This document shows, piece after piece, positions 8,669-19,997 of a DNA stretch of 34,495 bases. The notes under the pieces were generated by a model. It was not told the DNA's origin and made no database searches. It saw nothing but the letters and a program-made list of their open reading frames with translations. This DNA comes from Planctomycetota bacterium (GTDB taxonomy: Bacteria; Planctomycetota; SZUA-567; H5-PLA8). Position 1 is the stretch's first letter. Every line of letters begins with the position of its first letter. The DNA is taken from positions 1-34,495 of the forward strand of contig BTVV01000061.1 in NCBI GenBank assembly GCA_045863855.1, in the 5' to 3' direction. A program made the translations under genes and the position numbers.

Positions 8669-9466
8669 TCAAGGGGCGCTTCGCAAAGGCAACGGCAATT
8701 CGATTCGTTCCGGCTTTGCCGGACACATGGCGCAAGTCGGTTCTTCTTCGCGGGCGAGGAACTCCGCGATTGCCTCGTCCGCGCAATCGGGCGCGAGCGG
8801 CCGGTAGGCGAGGTACGGATCCCACGCGGCCGATAGCGGGTGATGCTTATGCTGCAGCGGCAGATACGCCAACGGGCTGCACTTCCAAAGCAGCCCATCG
8901 TAAAGCTGCCGCGCCTCGCGCGAAAGACAACGCTCCCAGCTCGAACGCGGGTTGGCGTCGCGGAACGGTTCCATCGACGTGCCGCTGCCGTGGTACGTGC
9001 GCTGCCAATACGTATAGGAAGGGTACAGCGCGACCGTCACGCCGTAGACGGCATGCCAGCGTTCGGCCAGCTTCAGATTCGGCATGACGTGCTGGCGGTA
9101 GGCAGGCGAATTGTGGTGAATGGAAATGTAGAGTTGGGCGCGGCCGACATCGGCGAGCGTGGAGCCCAAGTCGGGGTGGCGGTCGAGGAAGAATCCGTTG
9201 GTGACGAGGCGCAGCGTGGAAGCCGGAAACTGTGCGCGCGCGAGGCGCACCCAGTCGCACAGCTTGGGATGAATCGTGGGCTCGCCGCCGACGAGCGAAA
9301 AGAACTTGGGTTTCAGCCGGGCGCTCCAGGGGCGCATCCAGCTTTCGCCTTCTTCGAGCGAGACGAGACCCTTGTGGCCTTGATTGGAATAGTGGGTGCA
9401 GGATTCGCACGCCAGATTGCAGGCGTGTGCGACGTGGATCTCGAGGTTCTCGAAGGCATGAAGCAT
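8669..9466 (-). CDS. Radical SAM protein with probable C-terminal auxiliary Fe-S (Twitch-like) region
   Basis: CNLACESC (CxxxCxxC), GGEPTIHP, LVTNG. C-terminal Cys in WERCL, WKCS and TCAMC. Confidence 0.9.
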   Translation of the reverse strand: MLHAFENLEIHVAHACNLACESCTHYSNQGHKGLVSLEEGESWMRPWSARLKPKFFSLVGGEPTIHPKLCDWVRLARAQFPASTLRLVTNGFFLDRHPDLGSTLADVGRAQLYISIHHNSPAYRQHVMPNLKLAERWHAVYGVTVALYPSYTYWQRTYHGSGTSMEPFRDANPRSSWERCLSREARQLYDGLLWKCSPLAYLPLQHKHHPLSAAWDPYLAYRPLAPDCADEAIAEFLAREEEPTCAMCPAKPERIELPLPLRSAP

Positions 9467-9638
9467 GCCGAAAGTGTAACGCGGAAGGAGGAGGGGGCCA
9501 GAAGAGGCGCTATGCTGGGTCGCGTGCTTCGAACTGAGTTCTAATGGGCTTGGTCAGTGCCCCACCTTCCAACTTGGCACGGCAAATTCCTATGAAATCC
9601 CAGCGAGTGCAGAATCGCTGAATCGGAAATTTTAACTC

Positions 9639-10031
9639 TTAGCCAGGTTCACGGCCTGATACCCATCGATACAAGCCCCCTGCCAATGCGATCAACCCTA
9701 CGACAATCAAGCCGGGAAAAATCAGGTAAAGGTCGCCACCCGACTGCCTAGCTTGCATGTAGGTCATTAGGGTTAATCCCAATCCGCATACCGTTAGCAG
9801 ACTCCCCCATTTGATGGCTGCTATGCCGTCACTTCGTACGGCCTGTTTGCAAGCTGAGTTAAGTACGCCTGGATGCACACGCTCGTAAATGCGGACTACC
9901 AGGACCCTTGCGTCTTCAAAAGACCACCCGTTATCAACCAAGATAGTGACTAATTCGTTCGGGGGTTTCCCGGATCGAAGTTCACTCTCGATAGAAGCCT
10001 CGACGGCTTGCCGAGTGGAGTAGTCAGCCAT
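9639..10031 (-). CDS. Hypothetical membrane protein (130 aa, two C-terminal TM helices)
   Basis: N-terminal helical region (ELVTILVDNGWSFEDARVLV) then two hydrophobic segments. Starts 13 bp after the thiC stop. Visibly lower GC than thiC. Confidence 0.75.
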   Translation of the reverse strand: MADYSTRQAVEASIESELRSGKPPNELVTILVDNGWSFEDARVLVVRIYERVHPGVLNSACKQAVRSDGIAAIKWGSLLTVCGLGLTLMTYMQARQSGGDLYLIFPGLIVVGLIALAGGLYRWVSGREPG

Positions 10032-10044
10032 ATCGCATGTATGC

Positions 10045-12196
<2,152 letters not shown>

Positions 12197-12335
12197 GCAC
12201 GAATCGATTGTCAGGCCGTAGTCTCGCCGTTGTGCGGGCGCTGTAAAGCGAAAACCGGAGCGCACGAGGTGGGTTTTCGAACGGCGGATTTGGAGGTAGA
12301 TTCATGCGTAGTCCTCTGGGAGCCGCCGGCCACGC

Positions 12336-13157
12336 ATGGACGATCGCCCGCTTGCTTTTCCGATCCGGCTGGTTGCCGCCGCTTATAAGGAGGCCGGGCG
12401 GAACTACCTTGTTAATCCGCATGTAAACCGCAGCTTCCAGTGGTACGGGGTGCTCCACGGCCGCGTGGATCTGGTGCTGGGCGAAGCGACCATCCGCCTG
12501 CGTCCCGAAGAGTCGGTGCTGATTCCGCCGCTGGCTTCGCGTTCGCCGCGCTGCGGCGGACGGCCGCCGGCGTACCTTTGGGCGGTCTTCGACAACGTGC
12601 GGCTGGATCTTGATGACGTGGCCGGCCGCAAGCTGACAACCCCCGAACCGCTGCGCCCCGACTTACAGGCGCTGGCGGCCGAACTGCGCAAACCGCGCGG
12701 CGCGAACACCGACGAACTGACCCAGGCGCTCCTGGTGCGGTTGCTAGTGGGCTTGGCTCGGCATGCGCGCGAAGAAGCGCGGAGCGCGCCGGCGGCGCTC
12801 TCGCCGGTGGGCGCATTGAGCCGCCGCGAGACGGTGCTGCGCGCACAGGCTTTCATGCGCCGGAACCTGCACCGCGAGATCGGCCGGGAGGAAGTCGCCG
12901 CGGCGGTGCATCTCTCGGCACCGCACTTGGCGCGCGTTTTCCGCGCGGCCACGGGACAGACCCTTAACCGCAGTCTTACCGAAATGCGCCTCACGCAAGC
13001 CAAGGAGCGCCTCGTCGGAAGCTCGCTCTCGATTACTCAAATCGCGCGCGAAGTGGGCTTTTCGTCGCTCAGCCACTTCAGCCAGCTCTTTCTGCGCGAG
13101 GTCGGCAACACGCCGTCCGACTACCGCCGCCGCGGCGGCCGCGCATGGGGGCCTTGA
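12336..13157 (+). CDS. AraC-family transcriptional regulator
   Basis: N-terminal cupin-like region. C-terminal double HTH 'EVAAAVHLSAPHLARVFRAATG...SITQIAREVGFSSLSHFSQLF..G.TPSDYR'. Confidence 0.93.
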   Translation: MDDRPLAFPIRLVAAAYKEAGRNYLVNPHVNRSFQWYGVLHGRVDLVLGEATIRLRPEESVLIPPLASRSPRCGGRPPAYLWAVFDNVRLDLDDVAGRKLTTPEPLRPDLQALAAELRKPRGANTDELTQALLVRLLVGLARHAREEARSAPAALSPVGALSRRETVLRAQAFMRRNLHREIGREEVAAAVHLSAPHLARVFRAATGQTLNRSLTEMRLTQAKERLVGSSLSITQIAREVGFSSLSHFSQLFLREVGNTPSDYRRRGGRAWGP

Positions 13158-13277
13158 ACCGATCACACAAGGTGAACCGGCTCGATGATCGTTTTCCGCA
13201 AAAGCTTGCACGCCTGCCGATAGCGCGGCGGTTCCTTAAGTAGGTATGGTTTCCGCATACTCCCGCGGAGATCAACC

Positions 13278-15179
13278 ATGCTGCTTTCTTTCTTCACCGA
13301 CGAACTGGCCCTCGATCTGCCCGAGGCGCTCCCGATTCTAAAGAGTTGGGGGCTGACGCACGTGGACCTGCGCGGCCGAGTCTTCGGCAAAGCGTTCGAG
13401 GCGCTCACGCCTGACGAGCTGAAGGAAGTCCGCAAGCAGCTGGACGCGCACGGCCTCAAGATCGGAGCGCTGCAGTCGTCACTGGCGAAGGTGCATCTGC
13501 CCGCGCCCGAACGCCTCAAGGCCGAAGAGGCGAAGCTGGAAGGCGTGATCCGTGCCGCCGACGCGCTGGATTGCCGCCTCGTCCGCGCCTTCCACTACTG
13601 GCAGCCGCCGGCTGAACTGCGCGGGAAGCTCGCCGAACAGCCCGACCAGATGCAGCGCGTCCTCGATGCGTTTGCGCCGATCGCTCGGCGCGCGCAACAA
13701 GCCGGGTTGACGCTTGCGTTCGAAAACTGCGGGGTTACGCCCGACGAAGTCCACGGCGTGCTCGATGCGCTGAATGCGCCGAACTTCGGGCTGGCCTGGG
13801 ACTGCACGAACCACTGGGACGACGAAGCGCGCAAGCGCGACGAGGTCGCTTACATCGTCCGCCACGTCACGCGCTCGAAAATGCTCCACGTCAAAGCCTG
13901 CGGCACGCTCCCGGCGCTGACGGCAAACCCGTTGCCTTGGGATCGCTTACTCGCCGCCGCGCAGGCCGCGGGAATGCAAGGTCCGGTGAGCATCGAGACG
14001 CACAATCCGTCCGGTAGCGGGCTGACCGCGCAGGAAGCCTGCCGGCGCACCACGGTCGCGATCCAGCGCGCGTGGCCGAAGCCGTCCAAACTGAGCGTCG
14101 AAGAAGCCGCGCGCAGGCCGGCGGCGTGGAACCGCGCCTACACCGTGCGCCCCGTTGGCTTTGTCGTCGTGGGCTTAGGCATGGGCCACAGCCGCGCGAA
14201 GCTGCTGCACCGCACCAGCGGCTGCAAGCTGCTGGGTGTCGTCGATCGCGACGAGGCGCGCGCCAAGCGCAGCGCCGACGAGTTCGGCGTGCCGTTTACC
14301 TCCGAACTCGAACCGTGGCTCGCCAAACCCGAAGTGGATGTCGTCTACGTGATGACGCCCACCGGACTGCACTCGGCCGTCGGGCTCCCCGCGCTCGAAG
14401 CGGGCAAGCACGTGCTCACCACCAAGCCGATGGAGGCTTCGCTCGAAGCCTGCGACCGCCTGATCGAAGCCGCCGAGCGCAAGGAGCGGCTGCTCGCCGT
14501 GGACTTCGACCTGCGCTTCCAGCGCGAAACGCTGGAGCTGAAGCGAGCGGTCGAGAGCGGCGCGTTCGGCAAGCTGCTCAGCGCCACGGCGGCGCTAAAA
14601 ATCCGCCGTACCGAAGCGTATTTCAAAGCCAGCGGCGGCTGGCGCGGCACGCGCCGGCTCGACGGCGGCGGCGTCCTCTCCAATCAGTGCATCCACGTGA
14701 TCGACCTGCTCCACTTCGTCCTCGGCCTGCCCAAGCAGGTCCGCTGCGACATCTTCACGCAGGCGCAGCCGATCGAGGCCGAAGACTTCGGCAGCGCGCT
14801 GTGGCGCTACGAGAACGGCTTGGTCGTGAACCTCGTCGCGACCAGCACGCTTCCGCACGACGCCTGGTACCAGCGCCTCGAACTCCACGGCACTGCCGGC
14901 GCGTTCGTCGAACATCACGGCGGGCCGTCGCGCGGCGAGCGCCTGTACTACACCGCCGGCGCGTGGTCGGACCTTGCGCCCGAACCCGTCTCCGCGCCGT
15001 GGGCCTGCGCGGCGGACAACATGGCCGCGGCGATCCGCGAGCGCGCGGCGCTGGTCTGTCCGGGAATCGAAGGCCGCCGCTCGCAGGCGATCCTCGACGC
15101 GATGTACCGTTCGGCCTTCGAAGGCGGGAAGTGGGTGGACGTCGACGCCGGCGTGCCGGCCCTGGCCGCGGCGCGCTAG
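13278..15179 (+). CDS. Fusion of xylose-isomerase-like TIM barrel (sugar phosphate isomerase/epimerase family) and Gfo/Idh/MocA oxidoreductase
   Basis: N-terminal ~265 aa carry the metal-ligand pattern LAFEN, LAWDCTN, MLHVK, SIETH. The C-terminal part has VVVGLGMG (Rossmann), GKHVLTTKPM and GGGVLSNQCIHVIDL. One uninterrupted ORF with a GGAG RBS. Confidence 0.88.
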   Translation: MLLSFFTDELALDLPEALPILKSWGLTHVDLRGRVFGKAFEALTPDELKEVRKQLDAHGLKIGALQSSLAKVHLPAPERLKAEEAKLEGVIRAADALDCRLVRAFHYWQPPAELRGKLAEQPDQMQRVLDAFAPIARRAQQAGLTLAFENCGVTPDEVHGVLDALNAPNFGLAWDCTNHWDDEARKRDEVAYIVRHVTRSKMLHVKACGTLPALTANPLPWDRLLAAAQAAGMQGPVSIETHNPSGSGLTAQEACRRTTVAIQRAWPKPSKLSVEEAARRPAAWNRAYTVRPVGFVVVGLGMGHSRAKLLHRTSGCKLLGVVDRDEARAKRSADEFGVPFTSELEPWLAKPEVDVVYVMTPTGLHSAVGLPALEAGKHVLTTKPMEASLEACDRLIEAAERKERLLAVDFDLRFQRETLELKRAVESGAFGKLLSATAALKIRRTEAYFKASGGWRGTRRLDGGGVLSNQCIHVIDLLHFVLGLPKQVRCDIFTQAQPIEAEDFGSALWRYENGLVVNLVATSTLPHDAWYQRLELHGTAGAFVEHHGGPSRGERLYYTAGAWSDLAPEPVSAPWACAADNMAAAIRERAALVCPGIEGRRSQAILDAMYRSAFEGGKWVDVDAGVPALAAAR

Positions 15180-18010
15180 ATAGTTCGCTTCGCGCGCAAT
15201 CCGCGTGCGGCGACTTCGGCCAGCACGCACGCCGCCGCGAGTACCAACAGCCAACCGCGCACCGGCACGAATGCGCGCTGCGGGCCGCTCGCTTCGCGCC
15301 ACGCCGCCAGATCCTGCGCGGGCAAGTGGATCATCCGCGAGTGCCCCCCCGCACGGTCCACCAGCGCTTCCAGCGCCAAGCGGTCAGTTCCGAAGCGCCG
15401 AAACTCCTGCGGGTAGGAAATCGCCACCAGCCGCTCGGCCAGCGCCGCGCCGCCTGCCGCGTCGCGCACTTCCATTCGATAAACGCCCGGCGGCGGAAGC
15501 GCCGCTTCGGCGCGGAACGTTCCGGGCGCGACCGGGCGCAGCGGCAAATCGCCGGGCGCCATCGCGCGCGATTCGTCCAGCGGCCGCAGCCGCGCGGAAT
15601 AATGGCCGTCGTTCTGCGCCGCTTGCGAGCCCACCGCGCGCGCATGCAGCGTCAACTCCAGCCGATCGTCGGACAGCGGCTCGGCCTCCAGCCGCCAGCC
15701 CGCGCGGGAGGCCGAGCGCTCGCCTTCGCACCAGCTCATCGCCGCCGCCAGCAGCGCGCGCCCGCCGCGCCAGCCGTCCTTCGGCTGCAAGAACGCCTGC
15801 CCCGCTGCGCCCTCCAGGCTCATACTCAGCAGCGCCGTGCGCGCCCCGCCGCGATGCCCCAGTAACAGGAGCGGATCGGGCTTCTTCGAGCCCGCCGCGT
15901 GCGCGTGCTCGGCCAGCGGCGCGCTCCACAGCAGCGTCTCGCTCTCCGGCCGCGGTTTGACGCGGTTGCGGAACGGGAGCACCGGCCACGGTTCGCCCGC
16001 CGCCGCGACGATCTCGTGCGCCGCGCCGCGCGTTTGCACGCCGAACGGCCCGTGCCGCGTGTACAGATCTTCGCGCCGTTCGTCGAAGACTTCCTGCAGC
16101 CGCTTGGCCAGGTGCAGGAATTCGGGAAAGAACTGACCGCCGCCGGCTTGCGCCATGCGCTTCAAGCGCGCTTCGCCCGGCGTGGCGTTCTCCGTCGAGT
16201 GCGTGCCGATCCCGAACGCGAACAGCCGCGTGCGCCAGCGCGCCCCGGCTTCCGCGGGCGGCGGGCAGAGCGCCTGCACCGCCGCTTCCAGCTCCGCGTC
16301 GGGCACCGGCGGCGTCGGCTCCCCGTCGCTGAGCAGCACCACCAGCCGCTCCTCGGCGTCGTCCGATTCCAGCACGCGCTTCGCCTCCAATAGCGCGCCC
16401 GCGAAGTTCGTCTCCTGGCCCAGCATCCCTTCCTTGAGCCCGTTTAGCGCCGTCACCATCCCGGTGCGGCTGGGATCGGCGTCCAGCGCCGCCAGAAGCT
16501 GCGCCTCGCGCGAAAAGACGATCAGCCCCACGCGGTCGGTGGCGCGCAGCTTGCCCACCGCTTCGCCCAACTGTGCGCGAGCGAAATAGAGTTTCTTTAC
16601 GTTCAAGTCTCCGTGCGGTTGCACGGAAATATTCATCGAGGCCGAGATATCCATCACGAACAGGATGCTGCGGCGCCGGTCGTCTTCGGGGCGCAGCGTC
16701 GCGGGCAGCAGGCGCTCCCACGCGCCGCCTTCCGCGTGCCGCCCCGCGCCGAAGGCGGTTTCGCCGCCCACCGCCACGAGGCTCAGGCCCTGTTCCACCG
16801 CCGCCGTCAGCGCCTGCAGCGCTTCGCCCTCGGGCAGTTCGTTCGCGTCCAGGCCGTCCACCAGCGCCCCGGTGAAGCCCGCGAAATCCTGCGCGCGCCT
16901 AGGCAGGCGTTCGGGCGTGAAGAGCGCCGCGTCCACGCCCAGCGGGCGAGCGCCGTCGCGCGCCCACAGCGCCAGCGGCGAACGCTCCCGCGCCAGCACC
17001 GCCCACTTCGCCGGCGCATCGATCGGCAGCGCCGCCCAGAGCGTATTGTTGGGCGTGAAGTCGCCCGGCAGCGCGCCGCCTTCGGGCGCATCGACGACGG
17101 CTTCGTAGCGCGCGAGGCCCGGCAGCGCCGGGCGGTCGATCAGCGTTGCCGTCGCGCGGAAATCCTTGCGCCGAGCGTCCCCGCGGCCCTGCAGCTCCAC
17201 GATCCGCGCGCCGATCTCCACGACGCCTCCGCCGGCATGGCGGCGTACCCGCACGCGCACCCGCGCCGCCTGTTGCCCGGCGACCGTCACGTCCAGCGGG
17301 AGCCCCAGGCCCACGCGGCCGCGTTCGGGATGCCGCAGCGCCGCCACATGCACGTCGCCGTGCGCTTCCATCGCCGCGGGGCGCGCGAGCAGATCGATGC
17401 CCGAACCGGCCAACGCCGCCGCGGCCTCCTCGGCGCCGCCGGCCGTATCGAGCCCGTCGCTCAGCAGCACGATCGCCCGCGCCGCATCTTGGGCCTCGCC
17501 AAGCTGTGCGCGCGCCAAGCGCAGCGCGCGCGCGAGGTCCGTACCTTCGCGCTCCACCGCCGCCTGCGGGCGCGTCACGTCCGGCAAAGGCAGTGGGCCG
17601 GCCGTCGGAAGCGCGCCGCGTTCGGCGCCGGGCGCTACGCGCATCGGCAACGGCGTCACCGCGCGTTCCAGCCCCGCCGTGCGCCCGAAAACAACGACCC
17701 CCAGTTCCACGTTTGGACCGTGCAGTTCGCGGGCGAGCGTCTCGAGTTCCGTCTGCTGCGCGGCCGGATCGTAGATGCTGGCGCTCACGTCCACCGCCGC
17801 GACGACGCGCAGCGCCCGGACTTCGCCCGGCAGCCGCAGGCCCGCCAGCGCCAGCACCAAGCACGCCAAGCCCGCCACGCGCCAAACCAGCCGCCAGCGC
17901 AAGCGCCGGTCGGCCCGCCCGCGCGCTTGATCGCGGTACCACCAAGCCAGCGCCGCCGCCAAGGGCAGCCCCGCCAGCAACACCGCCGGCTGTTCGAACC
18001 AATCGCTCAA
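15176..18010 (-). CDS. Membrane-anchored double-VWA domain protein with glutamine amidotransferase-like middle region
   Basis: BatA-like N-terminal TMs (WFEQPAVLLAGLPL...). MIDAS-like DVSASI...LLSDG and DISASM...LLSDG. 'VGGETAFGAG...LLP' GATase1-like segment. C-terminal TM followed by RR-type basic residues. TTG start with GGAG. Confidence 0.85.
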   Translation of the reverse strand: MSDWFEQPAVLLAGLPLAAALAWWYRDQARGRADRRLRWRLVWRVAGLACLVLALAGLRLPGEVRALRVVAAVDVSASIYDPAAQQTELETLARELHGPNVELGVVVFGRTAGLERAVTPLPMRVAPGAERGALPTAGPLPLPDVTRPQAAVEREGTDLARALRLARAQLGEAQDAARAIVLLSDGLDTAGGAEEAAAALAGSGIDLLARPAAMEAHGDVHVAALRHPERGRVGLGLPLDVTVAGQQAARVRVRVRRHAGGGVVEIGARIVELQGRGDARRKDFRATATLIDRPALPGLARYEAVVDAPEGGALPGDFTPNNTLWAALPIDAPAKWAVLARERSPLALWARDGARPLGVDAALFTPERLPRRAQDFAGFTGALVDGLDANELPEGEALQALTAAVEQGLSLVAVGGETAFGAGRHAEGGAWERLLPATLRPEDDRRRSILFVMDISASMNISVQPHGDLNVKKLYFARAQLGEAVGKLRATDRVGLIVFSREAQLLAALDADPSRTGMVTALNGLKEGMLGQETNFAGALLEAKRVLESDDAEERLVVLLSDGEPTPPVPDAELEAAVQALCPPPAEAGARWRTRLFAFGIGTHSTENATPGEARLKRMAQAGGGQFFPEFLHLAKRLQEVFDERREDLYTRHGPFGVQTRGAAHEIVAAAGEPWPVLPFRNRVKPRPESETLLWSAPLAEHAHAAGSKKPDPLLLLGHRGGARTALLSMSLEGAAGQAFLQPKDGWRGGRALLAAAMSWCEGERSASRAGWRLEAEPLSDDRLELTLHARAVGSQAAQNDGHYSARLRPLDESRAMAPGDLPLRPVAPGTFRAEAALPPPGVYRMEVRDAAGGAALAERLVAISYPQEFRRFGTDRLALEALVDRAGGHSRMIHLPAQDLAAWREASGPQRAFVPVRGWLLVLAAACVLAEVAARGLRAKRTI

Positions 18011-18335
18011 GTCCCACTCCTTCGATGGAACAAGGCTTCATACCACATGCGCGGTTTTTCTTGGGCAAGCTGTTGGGGGGACGGCGCCGGGCAAGTGGGC
18101 ATTATTTTTCTCGAACCCTCTTTGGACCAGGAGCGTTCAAGAGCGTTAGAGGGTTCATTTCACCCATTGTTGCACCGGTGCTTGCCGCGCTAAAATGGGG
18201 TTTGGATCAAATTTGGCATAAATTAGGGTAGCTAAAACGAGCCTCATATAAGGATGCAGCGCGAGGTCTCGTCCATTCGTCAGCCTTACGCCCGGGACGA
18301 AGTCGTTTCCGGACGGTTGGAGGGTCATAGCAGCC

Positions 18336-19919
18336 ATGGCATCGCCTCGCAGCAAGCGGAACGGTTCCGACGATAACGACAAGAAGAGCACCGTGGATTG
18401 GCGCAAGCGGATGGGCCGGGAGCGCCTTTTCGGCACCATCAAGCTTTTGCTGTTCGTGGTGGTGCTCGGCGCGTTGACCGGGTTGGGCATCGTCTACAAG
18501 AACAAGATCATGGCCTGGCTGAATCCGCCGGTCCAGACGACGCGGGTCGAACCCAAGGCGCCGGTGCCTCCGCCGCCGGTGGAAGTGCCGGCCGCGCCAA
18601 AGGCCGCGCCCCCGCCGGAAGCCCCCAAGGCGCCGGCTCCGCCGCCCGAGGCTCCGAAAGCGCCGACGCCGCCCCCGCCCGAATGGAACCAGGCCGAGGA
18701 CGCCAAAGCCAAGGAACTGCTCAAGCAGGCGCGCGAGAGTCTCAGCCGGTTGATCACGGTCAAGCAGGGCGGGCTGGAATGGCCGGACTTCGACTTCGAC
18801 GGCGCCAAGAAGCGTTACGAAGAAGCCGCGCAGCTCAAAGCCAGCCCCGAGACGCATAAGCTGGCCGTCGACGGCGCGAAGAAAGCCAACGAGTTCAAGC
18901 TCGCCACGGCGCACATTCCGGTCACCGAGTTCGCGACGGTTCCGACGACGTACGTCGTGACGCTCACCAACGGCAATACCCTGCGCGGGCTCAAGATCGA
19001 AGAGAACAACGACTTCCTGAAGCTCCAGACGATCCCGCCGGACAATCCCGCGACGCAGGGCAAGATGAAGATCCCGATCCCCAAGGGCGAAATCGCCGAA
19101 GTGACCGGCGTGCCGCTGGCCGAACGGCAGTCGCAGTTCCGCCAGTTGCTCTCGCAGGTCGAGAGCGGCGTGGATCTGAACGGGACCGATCCGCGCGATC
19201 TGTACGACATCGTCTTCCTGGCCAAGCGCCTGGCGCTGGGGCCGGAACTCGTCGAATACCTCGACAAAGCCGCCTCGCGCGCGCCCGACGGGCGGCTGGG
19301 CGACGCCTTCCGCAAACTGGTTGTCGACCGCGCGCTCGAACGCGCCGCGCTTCTGGCCGCCGCCGGCCGCAAGCACCTCGCGACCGACGAACTTAACCGC
19401 CTGCTCCGCTCGCTCCCCGGCTACGCCGTGGCGCAGGACGAAGTGGACGTCTTCAAGCTCCAGGTCCTCGACAAGATCAAGCAGGACTTCAAGTCCACCA
19501 TCACGCTCGTAGCCAAGAAGGAGCCCGCGCCGCAGCCGACGGCGCAGGCGAAGGTCGAAGAGCCCAAAAAGACCGCGAAGGAACTGGCCACCGAAGCCGC
19601 CGGCATGGGCGGCGGCGAAGAGATCCTCGTCGATTCCAGCGGCCTGAAAGCCCAGGGCGCCAGCGCCGGGAAACTGGCCGAAGCCAACAAGGCGTTCGAG
19701 GAAGGCATGAAGTTCTACAAGCAATACAAGCAGGGGACCAAGGGCAACAACAATACGATGTTGGACAACGCCAAAGAACACTTGGGCAAAGCGGTGGACC
19801 TGTACTCCGAAATTCTGGAGAAGGAGCCGAACAACCGCGCGGTCGAAGACCGCCAGACCGAAGCCAATATGATTTACTACGCCTGCCTGAAGTACCACAC
19901 GCTGGACATGGGCCGCTAG
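18336..19919 (+). CDS. Hypothetical single-pass membrane protein with Pro-rich linker and helical/TPR-like C-terminus
   Basis: TM LLLFVVVLGALTGLGIVY; PPPEAPKAP repeats; 'EANKAFEEGMKFYKQY...AKEHLGKAVDLYSEILEKEPNN' TPR-like segment. Strong host codon bias. Confidence 0.85.
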   Translation: MASPRSKRNGSDDNDKKSTVDWRKRMGRERLFGTIKLLLFVVVLGALTGLGIVYKNKIMAWLNPPVQTTRVEPKAPVPPPPVEVPAAPKAAPPPEAPKAPAPPPEAPKAPTPPPPEWNQAEDAKAKELLKQARESLSRLITVKQGGLEWPDFDFDGAKKRYEEAAQLKASPETHKLAVDGAKKANEFKLATAHIPVTEFATVPTTYVVTLTNGNTLRGLKIEENNDFLKLQTIPPDNPATQGKMKIPIPKGEIAEVTGVPLAERQSQFRQLLSQVESGVDLNGTDPRDLYDIVFLAKRLALGPELVEYLDKAASRAPDGRLGDAFRKLVVDRALERAALLAAAGRKHLATDELNRLLRSLPGYAVAQDEVDVFKLQVLDKIKQDFKSTITLVAKKEPAPQPTAQAKVEEPKKTAKELATEAAGMGGGEEILVDSSGLKAQGASAGKLAEANKAFEEGMKFYKQYKQGTKGNNNTMLDNAKEHLGKAVDLYSEILEKEPNNRAVEDRQTEANMIYYACLKYHTLDMGR

Positions 19920-19949
19920 GCGAGTGAACGGCGTCGAAGTCGTGCGTAA

Positions 19950-19976
19950 GGCGGGCCGCAAGGCCCGCCGTTTTTA
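19950..19976 (+). terminator. Rho-independent terminator
   Basis: GGCGGGCC-GCAA-GGCCCGCC followed by GTTTTTA, about 30 bp after the stop. Confidence 0.8.
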
Positions 19977-19997
19977 TTGGGGCGCGGGAGGCGGAGC

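Noticed and set aside
9574..9592. Sigma54 promoter (TTGGCACG...)
   Set aside because: The -12 GC is missing at the required GG-N10-GC spacing (it reads TC).
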